64,000 bases of DNA from an uncultured Clostridia bacterium (GTDB lineage: Bacteria > Bacillota > Clostridia > Christensenellales > CAG-138), in assembly GCA_934633985.1 (NCBI GenBank), contig CAKTYU010000001.1:93500-157499 (forward strand), read 5' to 3'. Within the stretch, counting starts at the first letter, position 1. Every line of letters starts with the position of its first letter. The notes below the pieces were generated by a model. The model was not told the DNA's origin and searched no databases. It was given only the letters and a program-made list of their open reading frames with translations. Made by a program: the position numbers and the translations under genes. Positions 43,560 to 53,769 of the stretch are shown here, in pieces.

Positions 43560-46160
43560 ATGGCAAACAAGACAATGGATTCCGCACGGGAATTTGAAAC
43601 CCAGGCAAAGGAGCTTCTGGAGCGAGTAAAGCGAATGCAGAACGATCTGGGAGCGGCCCTTCAGTCCGTAAAGCGGGCGGAAAGCGAGCTTATAGATAAA
43701 GAAAAGCGCGCCGAAAAGGAACGCATGGAGAAAGAAAGGGCAGAGAGACTCCGAGAGGTCCTCACCAGCGAGGGCGACCTTGCCTTCCACGTAGGCGACG
43801 ACAGGGCGGAGGAGCAGCCAGCCCCGGCAGAGAGCAAGAGCGAAGTAAATGAGAAGCCGAAGCCGGAGCCGGTGAAGGAGCAGAAGGCGGAGGAAAGCGT
43901 ACAGGCCAAGGCGGAGGAAAGCGTACAGGCAAAGGCGGAGGAACCTGCAATGGCGGATAGGAAGCCTGAAGAAAAGCCAGAGACAAAGGCGAAACCCGCA
44001 CCGGCAAATAAGCCTGTACAGCAGCAGCGCCCGGCCTATGAGCGCAGGGAACCTCAGCGCAGAGAGGACGGCAGGCAGCAGAAGCCGCGCACTGACAGGC
44101 CGCAGCGGCCCGCAGACCGCCCGGAGCGCACAGACAGACCTCAGCAGCGCCCCGTACAGGGAGGCTACCAGCCTAAGCCGGCGGCCCGCACCATGGAATC
44201 CGCTGCGCCTTCCGTAAGGGATCAGGGCAAGAACCGAAGCCAGAAACCCCAGACAAGAGATGAGGAGCGCAAGGCGCCAAAGAATAAGAAAACCATTATG
44301 AAGGAAAACACCAGAGCAGCAGGCAGCTGGGACGACGACGCCCCAATGAGCCGCAAGCAGAAGCGCAAGCAGCAGGCGTTACATAAGCCGGAGCCGGTAA
44401 AGATCGACAAGGCCGTGCTGACTACCGAGACCATAACCGTAAAGGATCTTTCCGAAAAAATAGGCAAGCCTGTGGCCGAGATCATCAAAAAGCTGTTTAT
44501 ACTCGGCATAATGGCTACCATCAATCAGGAGATAGACTACGACACCTGCTCGCTCATCGCCGCCGATTACGGCATAGAGCTGGAGCTCAACATAGCCAAG
44601 ACCGCCGAGGACGTGCTCAACGAGAGCGTTGAAGAGGCGGATTCCGAGGAGAACCTCGTACCACGCCCGCCGGTAGTTACCATAATGGGCCACGTGGATC
44701 ACGGCAAGACCTCGCTGCTTGACGCCTTCCGTGAAAGCAGCATAACCGCAGGCGAGGCAGGCGGCATAACGCAGCATATAGGCGCGTATACCGTATCCTG
44801 CAAGGGGCGCACCATAACCTTCATAGATACCCCGGGCCATGAGGCGTTCACCTCCATGCGCGCCCGCGGAGCCCAGGTTACGGATATAGTAATACTGGTT
44901 GTGGCGGCGGACGACGGCATCATGCCGCAGACCATCGAGGCCATAAACCACGCCAAGGCGGCGAACGTTCCGATAATTGTCGCTATCAACAAGATAGATA
45001 AGGACACCGCCAACCCGGACCGGGTAATACAGCAGCTCACCGAGTACGGCCTCGTAGCCGAAGAATGGGGCGGCGATACCATATGCGTGCCGGTCTCCGC
45101 GAAGAAGCGCATCAATTTGGACACGCTGCTCGAGATGGTACTGCTTCAGGCGGACGTTCTGGAGCTTAAGGCAAATCCCGACAGGGCGGCCCGGGGCACC
45201 ATAATAGAGGCAGAACTGGACAAGGGCCGCGGCCCTGTGGCTACCGTACTGGTACAGAACGGTACCCTCAAGATAGGCGATCCCATAGTTGCAGGCACAG
45301 CCTTCGGCCGCGTACGCGCAATGATGGACGACAAGGGCCGCAGAGTGACCTCAGCCGGGCCGAGCCAGCCGGTAGAGGTGCTGGGCTTTGGCGAGGTGCC
45401 GGCCGCCGGCGACGTGATGAACGTTGCGGAGGTGGATAAGCTCTCCCGCCAGGTGGCGGAGGAACGCCGCGATAAGCTCAAGGCGGAGCAGATACGCAAT
45501 ATGTCAAAGGTATCCCTGGACGATCTCTTCAGCCAGATAGAGGCGGGCAACGTCAAGGACCTCAACATCATAGTAAAGGCGGACGTACAGGGCACGGTAG
45601 AGGCCATAAAGCAGGCGCTGGAAAAGCTCTCCAACGACGAGGTGAGGGTGCGCTGCATACACGGCGGCGTGGGCGCGATAACCGGCTCGGATATAGTATT
45701 CGCCTCCGCCTCCAACGCGCTGGTGATAGGCTTCAACGTGCGCCCGGACGCCACGGCTCGCGAGGCCGCCGAGCGCGAAAAGGTGGATGTACGCACATAC
45801 AGCGTAATATACAACGTCATCGAGGACGTGGAAAACGCCATGAAGGGCATGTTCGCACCGGTATACAAGGAGGTCGCCCTCGGCACGGCGGAGGTCCGCA
45901 ACACCTTCAAGGTGTCCGGCGTAGGCACTATTGCGGGCGCATACGTCAAGGACGGCAAGATCACCCGCTCCGCTCAGGTGCGCGTGGTCCGCGGCGGCAT
46001 AGTGCTCCACGACGGCAAGATAGCCTCCCTCAAGCGCTTCAAGGACGACGTAAAGGAAGTTGCGTCGGGCTATGAATGTGGCATCGGAATAGAAAACTAC
46101 AACGATATCCGCGAGGGCGACATGATAGAGGCCTATACCATGGAGCAGATAGAAAGGTAA
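43560..46160 (+). CDS. infB: Translation initiation factor IF-2
   Basis: 866 aa. Low-complexity N-terminus. The GTPase motifs are [14 protein letters not shown] and NKID. Confidence 0.97.
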   Translation: MANKTMDSAREFETQAKELLERVKRMQNDLGAALQSVKRAESELIDKEKRAEKERMEKERAERLREVLTSEGDLAFHVGDDRAEEQPAPAESKSEVNEKPKPEPVKEQKAEESVQAKAEESVQAKAEEPAMADRKPEEKPETKAKPAPANKPVQQQRPAYERREPQRREDGRQQKPRTDRPQRPADRPERTDRPQQRPVQGGYQPKPAARTMESAAPSVRDQGKNRSQKPQTRDEERKAPKNKKTIMKENTRAAGSWDDDAPMSRKQKRKQQALHKPEPVKIDKAVLTTETITVKDLSEKIGKPVAEIIKKLFILGIMATINQEIDYDTCSLIAADYGIELELNIAKTAEDVLNESVEEADSEENLVPRPPVVTIMGHVDHGKTSLLDAFRESSITAGEAGGITQHIGAYTVSCKGRTITFIDTPGHEAFTSMRARGAQVTDIVILVVAADDGIMPQTIEAINHAKAANVPIIVAINKIDKDTANPDRVIQQLTEYGLVAEEWGGDTICVPVSAKKRINLDTLLEMVLLQADVLELKANPDRAARGTIIEAELDKGRGPVATVLVQNGTLKIGDPIVAGTAFGRVRAMMDDKGRRVTSAGPSQPVEVLGFGEVPAAGDVMNVAEVDKLSRQVAEERRDKLKAEQIRNMSKVSLDDLFSQIEAGNVKDLNIIVKADVQGTVEAIKQALEKLSNDEVRVRCIHGGVGAITGSDIVFASASNALVIGFNVRPDATAREAAEREKVDVRTYSVIYNVIEDVENAMKGMFAPVYKEVALGTAEVRNTFKVSGVGTIAGAYVKDGKITRSAQVRVVRGGIVLHDGKIASLKRFKDDVKEVASGYECGIGIENYNDIREGDMIEAYTMEQIER
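43887..43943 (+). repeat. 24-nt tandem repeat (about 2.4 copies) inside infB encoding AEESVQAK units
   Basis: GCGGAGGAAAGCGTACAGGC(C/A)AAG occurs twice, followed by a partial third copy. Confidence 0.8.
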
Positions 46161-46178
46161 TCAGGAGAGGCAGAAAAG

Positions 46179-46529
46179 ATGTCCATTCGTTATGAAAGAA
46201 TGAACGAGGAGATAAAGAAGACCATCAGCGAGATAATAAAGGACATGAAGGATCCCCGAGTCTCCGATATGACCACCATAATGTCGGTGGACGTGACCAA
46301 CGACCTTAAGCAGGCCAAGGTGCTGGTAAGCGTTTACGACAAGGACGACGATGTGCGCAAGGGCACTGTGGAGGCGCTCAACCACGGCAGCGGCTTCATA
46401 ACCCGCGAGCTGGGCAAGCGTATGCAGCTTCGCGCCCTGCCTAAGCTCAGCTTCAAGCTGGACAGCTCCATAGAGTACAGCGTACATATTTCAGAGATTA
46501 TCGACAGCCTGCACAAAAACGAAAAGTAA
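46179..46529 (+). CDS. rbfA: Ribosome-binding factor A
   Basis: 116 aa with RMNEEIKKTISEII...DPRV in the conserved position. Confidence 0.93.
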   Translation: MSIRYERMNEEIKKTISEIIKDMKDPRVSDMTTIMSVDVTNDLKQAKVLVSVYDKDDDVRKGTVEALNHGSGFITRELGKRMQLRALPKLSFKLDSSIEYSVHISEIIDSLHKNEK

Positions 46530-46537
46530 CTTATTCC

Positions 46538-46572
46538 GGGCGGTGATGTGAAGCGTCATCGCCTGATTTTTT
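46538..46572 (+). terminator. Intrinsic terminator after rbfA
   Basis: GGGCGGTGATG...CGTCATCGCC forms a stem (2 G-U pairs), followed by TGATTTTTT. Confidence 0.6.
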
Positions 46573-46585
46573 GGAGGGAAGCAAC

Positions 46586-47557
46586 ATGAAGGGCAGCATG
46601 GAGGAAATACTCCGCGCTGTGGAGCAAAACAGCGCTTTCAGCATAATATCCCACGTAGCGCCGGATGGGGATACCATCGGTTCGGGAACGGCACTGTCAA
46701 GGATACTGCGCAGGCTGGGCAAGCGTACGGAAAACGTATGCTGCGACCAAATACCCGATGCGTATAAGTTCATACCGGGCGCGGAGGAGATACTGCTGCC
46801 GGAGGAGGCGCAGGGCTTTGACGCGGTAATAGCGGTGGACTGCGCGGACAAGGGCAGGCTGGGCGGCGCCGCGGCCATATTCGACAGGGCGGGCGTGACG
46901 GTAAACATCGACCACCACGGCACCAATACCATGTATGCCGGTAATAACATGGTGGAGGAGACTGCCGCCTGTGCAGAGTTTATATACAGGATAGGCAGGG
47001 CGCTGGGGGCGGAGATAGACGCGGAGACCGCTAACTGTCTCCTTGCCGCCATCGTAACCGACACCGGATCCTTTGCCTATTCAAACGTAACCAGGGAGAC
47101 CATGGCCATAGCCGGCGAGCTCATCGCCCTGGGCGCGGACAACGCCCTCATAAACAGGCTGGTATATCACAACGAGCCGGCAGGCAAGGTGAAGATGCAC
47201 GCATACGCGCTGGAGAGGCTGCGCCTGTATTCCGAAGGGCGCATAGCCACAGCAATGCTTACGGAAAGTGAGATGGATCCCTTTGGCCCCGAGGCCTACA
47301 CCGAGGGAATAGTCGAAAAGCTGCGGGATATAGATACGGTAGAGATAGCGGCGTTTTTGAGGCAGAAGGGAAAGGACGTAAAGGTAAGCCTTAGAGCTAA
47401 GAAATACGCCGACGTCGCCCGCGTAGCAGCTTCAAGAAAAGGGGGCGGCCATCCCAGGGCAGCCGGGTACACCGAATATGACATCACTGTGGCTGAGGCC
47501 GAAAAGATAGCGGTGCGGCTTGCCGAAAAGGAGCTTGAAGCATGCTGGAAGGAGTAG
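46586..47557 (+). CDS. nrnA: DHH-family phosphoesterase (NrnA-like oligoribonuclease/pAp phosphatase)
   Basis: Contains SHVAPDGDTIGS, AVDCAD, NIDHHGTN and GGGHPRAAG. The start is moved to ATG 46586 because the track's TTG lies inside the SD. Confidence 0.85.
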   Translation: MKGSMEEILRAVEQNSAFSIISHVAPDGDTIGSGTALSRILRRLGKRTENVCCDQIPDAYKFIPGAEEILLPEEAQGFDAVIAVDCADKGRLGGAAAIFDRAGVTVNIDHHGTNTMYAGNNMVEETAACAEFIYRIGRALGAEIDAETANCLLAAIVTDTGSFAYSNVTRETMAIAGELIALGADNALINRLVYHNEPAGKVKMHAYALERLRLYSEGRIATAMLTESEMDPFGPEAYTEGIVEKLRDIDTVEIAAFLRQKGKDVKVSLRAKKYADVARVAASRKGGGHPRAAGYTEYDITVAEAEKIAVRLAEKELEACWKE

Positions 47558-48441
47558 TAAACGTATTAAAGCCGCCGGGAATGAGCTCCAGCGACGTGGT
47601 GACGGACATCCGGCATATATTCAACATGAAGCGGGTAGGCCATACGGGCACGCTGGATCCCGGTGCAGCCGGAGTGCTGCCCATATGCATAGGCCGGGCT
47701 ACCAGACTCTTCGATTATCTCGTGGACAAGGAAAAGGAGTACATAGGCGAGATAACCTTCGGTATAGCTACGGATACCCAGGATTCCTACGGCGCGCCGG
47801 AAGGACGCTCCGATGCTGTAGTTACCGGGGAGATGCTCATGGAGGCGCTGCCTAAGTTCACAGGCCCTCAAAAGCAGACCGCGCCTCTGTATTCGGCCCT
47901 TTCGGTGGACGGAAAGAAGATGTACAAGCTTGCCCGGCAGGGCGTTGAGGTGGAGCGCAAGGTTAGGGATATAAACGTGCCGGAGCTTTCGTTCATATCA
48001 CAGACCGGCTGCAACAGATATCTCGTAAAGATCGTCTGCTCCAAGGGTACATATGTGCGCACGCTCTGCCACGACATAGGCGGGAGCATGGGGGTTCCTG
48101 CCCACATGTCCTTCCTGCTGCGCACACGCTCCGGGGCGTTTGAGCTGGACGGCAGCTTTACAATAGACGAGCTGAAGGAGCTTAAAGAAAAGGGCGAGCT
48201 TTATAAGGCGGTCATACCCATGGAGCAGGCGCTTATGCATATAGGCGAAGCCCGAATGACCCTGAACAAAAAAGGCGAACGGTTCCTGACTCATGGCGCG
48301 GAGGTGGTCTGTCCCGGCATAGAAGAACTGCCAAAGGATACCCCTCTCAGGGCATACTGCAACGGCAAATTTTTAGGAATAGCCAAATCAAACGGCGAGG
48401 CGGTGCATATATGCACCTTCCTCGGTCAGGAAGAAGAATGA
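47542..48441 (+). CDS. truB: tRNA pseudouridine(55) synthase
   Basis: Contains GVVNVLKPPGMSS and GHTGTLDPGAAGVLPI. Confidence 0.95.
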   Translation: MLEGVVNVLKPPGMSSSDVVTDIRHIFNMKRVGHTGTLDPGAAGVLPICIGRATRLFDYLVDKEKEYIGEITFGIATDTQDSYGAPEGRSDAVVTGEMLMEALPKFTGPQKQTAPLYSALSVDGKKMYKLARQGVEVERKVRDINVPELSFISQTGCNRYLVKIVCSKGTYVRTLCHDIGGSMGVPAHMSFLLRTRSGAFELDGSFTIDELKELKEKGELYKAVIPMEQALMHIGEARMTLNKKGERFLTHGAEVVCPGIEELPKDTPLRAYCNGKFLGIAKSNGEAVHICTFLGQEEE

Positions 48442-49151
48442 ATAAAACAGCCATAGCTTTCGGCACCTTTGACGGGGTACACAGGGGGCATCAGGAGATA
48501 ATAAACGCCATGCTCACGGCGGCGGAAGGGAGAGGGCTGGATCCGCTTATATACACCTTTTCCAACCATCCGGCGGGGCTGTTCGGCAAGTCCTTTTCCA
48601 TGATAATGACGGACGGGGAGCGCATAGCCGCCCTGAAAGGCTTCGCCCCTGTTGCGGCGGAAAGGCTGGACAGGCAGTTCGCGGCGACGGAGCCGGAGGA
48701 CTTCGTTCGGCACATGGCGGAAAAATACCGCATGGGCGCAGCCGTCGCGGGCTTCAACTATACCTTCGGCAGCAGGGGGGCGGGGAACATGGATACGCTC
48801 CGCCGCCTTGGGGGGAAATACGGCTTTGAGGTATACGAGATACCCGCGCTGATGTACGGCGGGGAGCCGGTATCCAGCACCCGGATACGGGCCTGCATAG
48901 AGCGCGGCGACATAGCCGGCGCAAACGCCATGCTGGGCCATGAGCTTGAGCTTAGCTGCAAGGAAACGTCGCAAAACGGACACGCCGTGCTTAAAGTGGC
49001 TGATGGGCTCGTGCTGCCAGCCCCCGGGAGGTACATTACGGAGGCGGAGGGAAGGCGGCTCATATGCGGCGTTTTGCCCGGTGGCAGCATCGAGCCGGAG
49101 GAACCCTTTGGGGAGCCTAAAAAGCTGCGGTTTATAGGCAGGATAGGCTGA
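48438..49151 (+). CDS. ribF: FAD synthetase (FMN adenylyltransferase) with truncated/degenerate riboflavin-kinase domain
   Basis: Starts AIAFGTFDGVHRGHQ and contains SSTRIR. It is only 237 aa against roughly 300+ for a typical bifunctional RibF. The ATG overlaps the truB stop. Confidence 0.75.
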   Translation: MNKTAIAFGTFDGVHRGHQEIINAMLTAAEGRGLDPLIYTFSNHPAGLFGKSFSMIMTDGERIAALKGFAPVAAERLDRQFAATEPEDFVRHMAEKYRMGAAVAGFNYTFGSRGAGNMDTLRRLGGKYGFEVYEIPALMYGGEPVSSTRIRACIERGDIAGANAMLGHELELSCKETSQNGHAVLKVADGLVLPAPGRYITEAEGRRLICGVLPGGSIEPEEPFGEPKKLRFIGRIG

Positions 49152-49280
49152 AAAAGCTATTTACAACGCATTGACGCTGTGGTAAAATAAAAAGACCTTG
49201 AACCGGGGGCTGTGTTTTCCGCATCTCCAAGCGCAATACTCGGTTTCCGGCGATTTATAAAAAATATGGAGGAAATTAAA

Positions 49281-49535
49281 ATGAACAAAGCTGAAATCAT
49301 CGCCAAGTACGCGATCCACGAGGGCGACACCGGTTCCCCAGAGGTGCAGATCGCTCTGCTGACTGAGCGCATCAACCACCTGAACGAGCACCTCAAGGAA
49401 AACAAGAACGACCACCATTCCCGCCGTGGCCTGCTCAAGATGGTCGGCCGCCGCCGCGGCCTTCAGAACTATCTTAAAAAGACCGACATCGAGCGCTACC
49501 GCAAGATATGCGCCGAGCTTGGCCTGCGCAAGTAA
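49281..49535 (+). CDS. rpsO: 30S ribosomal protein S15
   Basis: Contains [45 protein letters not shown]. The start is moved to ATG 49281, after GGAGG. Confidence 0.95.
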   Translation: MNKAEIIAKYAIHEGDTGSPEVQIALLTERINHLNEHLKENKNDHHSRRGLLKMVGRRRGLQNYLKKTDIERYRKICAELGLRK

Positions 49536-49549
49536 TTGAGTGAGCATAA

Positions 49550-49577
49550 GAGCAGCCTTTAAGGTTGCTCTTTTCTT
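49550..49577 (+). terminator. Intrinsic terminator after rpsO
   Basis: GAGCAGCC-tttaa-GGTTGCTC followed by TTTTCTT. Confidence 0.65.
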
Positions 49578-49735
49578 ATGCGGCACAACATCTTGCGCCG
49601 CATTGCGGGGAACGGCACGATTCGCCGAATTATTTATATTTTATTCACAGATTAGCTTTGGTATATTCATACGCAAAGGGGTATAATATCCTTAGAAAAG
49701 AAGCTGGCAAAGCAAAAAGCGAGGGAGGCCTTTTT

Positions 49736-50752
49736 ATGAAGAAAAGAATATTTGCCATTATGTTGGCTCTGGCCATGCTGCTGGCCGCAGTGCCTGCGCT
49801 GGCGGAGGAAGGAGACGGTAGGGAAGCGCCTGAGAGCACAAAGAAAATATGTCTTAATTGCAAGGCCAAAGTAGATAAGGTGAACGAAGAAGGTCTTTGC
49901 GAAAAGTGCGTTTCGAACTTAAAGCAGGACAATACGCAGCAGAAAATGATAACCAGTTTTAAAACGCTGAACGAGGACAATACTGAAGGCGGTGCGAATG
50001 GCGGCGGCACCGAAGGCAAAAACGGCGATAATACCGGCGGCAACCCTGGCAATAATGCCGGAAACACCGACAACAACGGCGGCAATACTAGCGATAATAC
50101 TGGAGAAAGCAACAAGCCCGACAGCACCGACAGTAGCGGTAGCACCGGCGGCGATACCGGCACCGGCGGCGCAACCGGTGGCAGCACCGGCGGCGCAACT
50201 GAGGGTGGTACTACTGGTGGTGGTGAAACCGGCGGCGAAACTGATGGCGGCAGCACCGGCACTGGTGACAGTGGAACCACACCTACTACCTGTATTCATA
50301 CTTGGGGCGCTCCCGTTTGGGCATGGAGCAGTAATTACAGCGTTGCAACGGCAACATTCGAATGCACGCAATGCGGCGAAAGACAAGCTATTCCGGCTAC
50401 TGTAAATACCAGCAACGAATACAGTAATTGCTATGTTTACACGAAATATACGGCAAAGGTGACAGGTCCTGACGGGAAGGATCATTCCGACAGCAAGACC
50501 ACAAACTGCCGCCGTCCCGACTGGTACTATGACCCCTGCTACTACAACAACCCCTGCGGTCACTGGGGCTGCGGCAACGTATGCACGCGTTACAGCGATT
50601 GCGTACCCTGCCGGGATTACAGGACTACCTTCCGCGTAGGCGGGTACAATTGCCTTGCGACCCCTAAGACCGGCGGCTCCTCCGCCATAGCCCCCGCCAT
50701 ACTCGCCCTCATAGGCGCGGCGGGCGCGGCGCTGGGTAAAAAGCGCAGATAG
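49736..50752 (+). CDS. Secreted, probably sortase-anchored Cys-rich protein with G/T/N low-complexity linker
   Basis: Signal peptide MKKRIFAIMLALAMLLAAVPALA. CxxC...CxxC pair (CLNCKAKV...CEKC). About 100 aa of GGN/GGT repeats. Cys/Trp/Tyr-rich domain. The C-terminal TPKTG is followed by a hydrophobic stretch and KKRR (PxTG-type sorting signal). SD GAGGGAGG. Confidence 0.6.
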   Translation: MKKRIFAIMLALAMLLAAVPALAEEGDGREAPESTKKICLNCKAKVDKVNEEGLCEKCVSNLKQDNTQQKMITSFKTLNEDNTEGGANGGGTEGKNGDNTGGNPGNNAGNTDNNGGNTSDNTGESNKPDSTDSSGSTGGDTGTGGATGGSTGGATEGGTTGGGETGGETDGGSTGTGDSGTTPTTCIHTWGAPVWAWSSNYSVATATFECTQCGERQAIPATVNTSNEYSNCYVYTKYTAKVTGPDGKDHSDSKTTNCRRPDWYYDPCYYNNPCGHWGCGNVCTRYSDCVPCRDYRTTFRVGGYNCLATPKTGGSSAIAPAILALIGAAGAALGKKRR

Positions 50753-50770
50753 ACCCTAATCGGCTTTAAA

Positions 50771-50800
50771 AGGCTCTTCCCCAAAGGAAGGGCCTTTTTA
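50771..50800 (+). terminator. Intrinsic terminator
   Basis: AGGCTCTTCC-ccaaa-GGAAGGGCCT followed by TTTTT. Confidence 0.7.
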
Positions 50801-50873
50801 CTGTTGCTATATGCCGCAAGATAATGTATAATAAATTGGTTTATAATAAGAGAGTATGAAAAGGAGCATGAAC

Positions 50874-52970
50874 ATGCAAGGCAAGACATTCACAATGGAG
50901 CTCGCCGGAAAGACCCTTACCATCGAAACCGGCAAGTACTGCGAGCAGGCAGGCGGCAGCGCGCTCGTCCGCATGGGCGACGCCGTGGTAATGGTAAACG
51001 CGACGGTGGCAAAGCAGCCCCGCGACGGCGTGGACTTCCTTCCCCTGTCCATCGAATTCGAAGAAAAGATGTACTCCGTGGGCAAGATACCCGGCGGTTA
51101 CATAAAGCGCGAGGGCCGTCCCTCTGAAAAGGCCATACTGTGCAGCCGCCTTATCGACCGTCCCCTCCGTCCCCTGTTTCCCAAGGGCTTTTACAACGAC
51201 ATTCAGGTAATAGCTACCGTACTGTCAATGGATCCCGACGTCCAGCCCGAGATACTGGGCATGATAGGCTCTTCCGCGGCTCTGGCCATGAGCGAAGCCC
51301 CCTTTGCAGGCCCTACCGGCGCTGTGGCGGTCGGCATGGTAGACGGCAGGTATATCATCAATCCCACCCTGGAGGAGAGGCATAAGAGCAAGCTGAACCT
51401 TACCGTCGCCGGCACAAAGGACGCCGTGATGATGGTAGAGGCCGGCGCAAACGAGCTTTCCGAGAAGGAAATGCTGGACGCCATACTCATGGCCCACGAG
51501 GAAGTAAAGAAGATAGTAGCCTTTATCGAGGGCATAGCGGCGGAGTGCGGCAAGCCCAAGATGGAAGTCAATATATATCATCCCGACGAGGCCTTCACGG
51601 AGCTGGTGCGCGATTACGCAAGGGACAAGGTGGAGTGGCAGCTCGATACCTTCGAGCGCAAGGTGCGCGAGGAGCGCAGCGAGCAGGTAAAGCAGGAGGT
51701 CATTGAGCACTTTGCGGAGGAATACCCCGATTCCGCAAGCGATATAGACATGATACTCTACAACCTTACCAAGGAGATCGTAAGGGATAAGATAATCAAC
51801 CGCAGGATCCGCCCCGACGGACGCGCACAGGACGAGATACGCCCCATCTGGAGCGAGGTGGGCATACTGCCCCGCGTACACGGCAGCGGCGTATTCACCC
51901 GCGGCCAGACTCAGGTAATGACCATAGCCACCCTTGCGCCCCTTTCCGAGGGACAGGAGCTGGACGGCATTGACGAGATGACCTACAAGCGTTATATGCA
52001 CCAGTACAACATGCCCCCGTACAGCGTGGGCGAGGTGCGCCGCGTCGGCAGCCCCGGCAGGCGTGAGATAGGCCACGGCGCGCTGGCGGAGAGGGCCCTG
52101 CTGCCCATGCTCCCCACCGAGGAGGAGTTCCCCTATGCCATGCGTCTGGTCTCCGAGGTCATAAGCTCCAACGGCTCCACCTCGCAGGCCTCTATATGCG
52201 CCAGCACCCTTGCGCTTATGGACGCGGGCGTTCCCATAAAGAAGCCCGTGGCGGGCGTTGCGATGGGCCTTATAAAGGACGATTCCACCGGCAACATCGC
52301 CGTATTGACCGACATACAGGGTCTTGAGGACTTCCTTGGCGATATGGACTTTAAGGTAGCCGGTACCCGCGAGGGCATAACCGCCATACAGATGGATATA
52401 AAGATCAAGGGTATCGACGAGCAGATACTCACCCGCGCACTGGAGCAGGCGCGCAGGGGCCGCCTGTTCATACTGGACAAGATGGCGGAGACCATAAAGG
52501 AGCCCCGTGCGGAGCTGTCCCCCTACGCTCCTCGCATCATGCAGTTCAGCATACATCCCGACAAGATACGCGAGGTCATAGGCTCCGGCGGCAAGACCAT
52601 AAACGGCATAATCGCAGCGACCGGCGTAAAGATCGACCTCGAGGACGACGGGCGGGTATTCATAGCCTCCCCCGACGCCGAGGCAGCAGCCGCCGCAAAG
52701 CGCATGATAGACGAGATTTGCCGCGATATAGAGGTCGGCGGCGTGTTCCTTGGCAAGGTAGTGAACATACTGCCCATAGGCGCGCAGGTGGAGCTCAAGC
52801 CCGGCAAGAAGGGACTCGTGCATATAAGCCGCCTTGCGAACCACAGGGTAGAGAAGGTAGAGGACGAGGTCCAGATAGGAGACGAGATACTGGTCCGCGT
52901 AATAGCGATCAAGCCCGACGGCAAGATCGACCTTACCCGCAAGGAGCTCCTGCCCGACGCGAAGAAATAA
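50874..52970 (+). CDS. pnp: Polyribonucleotide nucleotidyltransferase (PNPase)
   Basis: Two RNase PH domains plus KH and S1 domains, with [12 protein letters not shown]-like and [10 protein letters not shown] motifs. The start is moved to ATG 50874. Confidence 0.97.
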   Translation: MQGKTFTMELAGKTLTIETGKYCEQAGGSALVRMGDAVVMVNATVAKQPRDGVDFLPLSIEFEEKMYSVGKIPGGYIKREGRPSEKAILCSRLIDRPLRPLFPKGFYNDIQVIATVLSMDPDVQPEILGMIGSSAALAMSEAPFAGPTGAVAVGMVDGRYIINPTLEERHKSKLNLTVAGTKDAVMMVEAGANELSEKEMLDAILMAHEEVKKIVAFIEGIAAECGKPKMEVNIYHPDEAFTELVRDYARDKVEWQLDTFERKVREERSEQVKQEVIEHFAEEYPDSASDIDMILYNLTKEIVRDKIINRRIRPDGRAQDEIRPIWSEVGILPRVHGSGVFTRGQTQVMTIATLAPLSEGQELDGIDEMTYKRYMHQYNMPPYSVGEVRRVGSPGRREIGHGALAERALLPMLPTEEEFPYAMRLVSEVISSNGSTSQASICASTLALMDAGVPIKKPVAGVAMGLIKDDSTGNIAVLTDIQGLEDFLGDMDFKVAGTREGITAIQMDIKIKGIDEQILTRALEQARRGRLFILDKMAETIKEPRAELSPYAPRIMQFSIHPDKIREVIGSGGKTINGIIAATGVKIDLEDDGRVFIASPDAEAAAAAKRMIDEICRDIEVGGVFLGKVVNILPIGAQVELKPGKKGLVHISRLANHRVEKVEDEVQIGDEILVRVIAIKPDGKIDLTRKELLPDAKK

Positions 52971-52988
52971 TTAAAACAGCTTGTGTGT

Positions 52989-53020
52989 GCGGGCGGATAT
53001 CATTCCGCCCGCATTGATTT
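52989..53020 (+). terminator. Hairpin after pnp (weak U-tract)
   Basis: GCGGGCGGA-tatcat-TCCGCCCGC followed by ATTGATTT. Confidence 0.5.
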
Positions 53021-53056
53021 AGCATATAACCGCCCGCAGCCTCATAGATTGTCTAC

Positions 53057-53761
53057 ATGGGGGGTGCGGGGCGTATGCGCAGAGGGCTCGGCTTTTTAAG
53101 CGGATTGTTGACAAATATTTTCCTTGCGGCGCTGATAATAGCGATGTATCATGCTACACAGCCGGGCGGCGCGCTGCCTGCCTTTGCGCCGCAGTACCGG
53201 GGCAGCGGCGAAAGGGCCGCGCTGCAGTTCGCAGTTAGCTGGAACGCCGCGGCAATACCGGACATATTGGATATACTAAGGGACGAGGGCGTCGGGGCCA
53301 CCTTTGCCGTGAGCGGCGAATGGGCGGAAAGCAACCCCGCGCTGCTTGCGCGCATGGCCTCGGAGGGCCATGAAATAGCCTCCATGGGGTATTATCCCGA
53401 CATGGACGGGGGCATAGGCTGGACGGTAAAGGACGTGCGGCGGGCAAACGAGGCGATAAAGGGAATATGCGGCGCAGAGCCCGAGATATACTATGAGGGC
53501 TCGCGCAATGCCGCGACCTCCTCCTTGGCGGCGAAAAAGCTCAAGCTTACGGCGGTATCCTCCACGATAGACCTGCTTACCGCCAAGGGCGGCGCAGAGG
53601 ACATACTTTCCCGCCTGCCGGAAAAGCCTATTGAGGGAAGCATAATACTGCTTCGGCCCACGGCAGCCTGCAGGGAGGCGCTGGGCGGCATAATAAATGC
53701 GATAAAAGAGAAAGGGATCGGGCTTAGCTGCACAGGCGATGTGCTGGGCCTATCGGAATAG
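53057..53761 (+). CDS. Polysaccharide deacetylase family sporulation protein (YlxY-like)
   Basis: N-terminal TM. FAVSWNAAAIPDILDILRDEGVGATFAVSGEWAESNPALLARMASEGHEIASMG matches the YlxY-type pattern. It lies downstream of pnp, the same synteny as in Bacillus. Confidence 0.75.
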   Translation: MGGAGRMRRGLGFLSGLLTNIFLAALIIAMYHATQPGGALPAFAPQYRGSGERAALQFAVSWNAAAIPDILDILRDEGVGATFAVSGEWAESNPALLARMASEGHEIASMGYYPDMDGGIGWTVKDVRRANEAIKGICGAEPEIYYEGSRNAATSSLAAKKLKLTAVSSTIDLLTAKGGAEDILSRLPEKPIEGSIILLRPTAACREALGGIINAIKEKGIGLSCTGDVLGLSE

Positions 53762-53769
53762 AGCAAAAG

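Noticed and set aside
51225-52844. A 539-aa minus-strand ORF lies opposite pnp.
   Set aside because: It is antisense to PNPase and has low-complexity composition.
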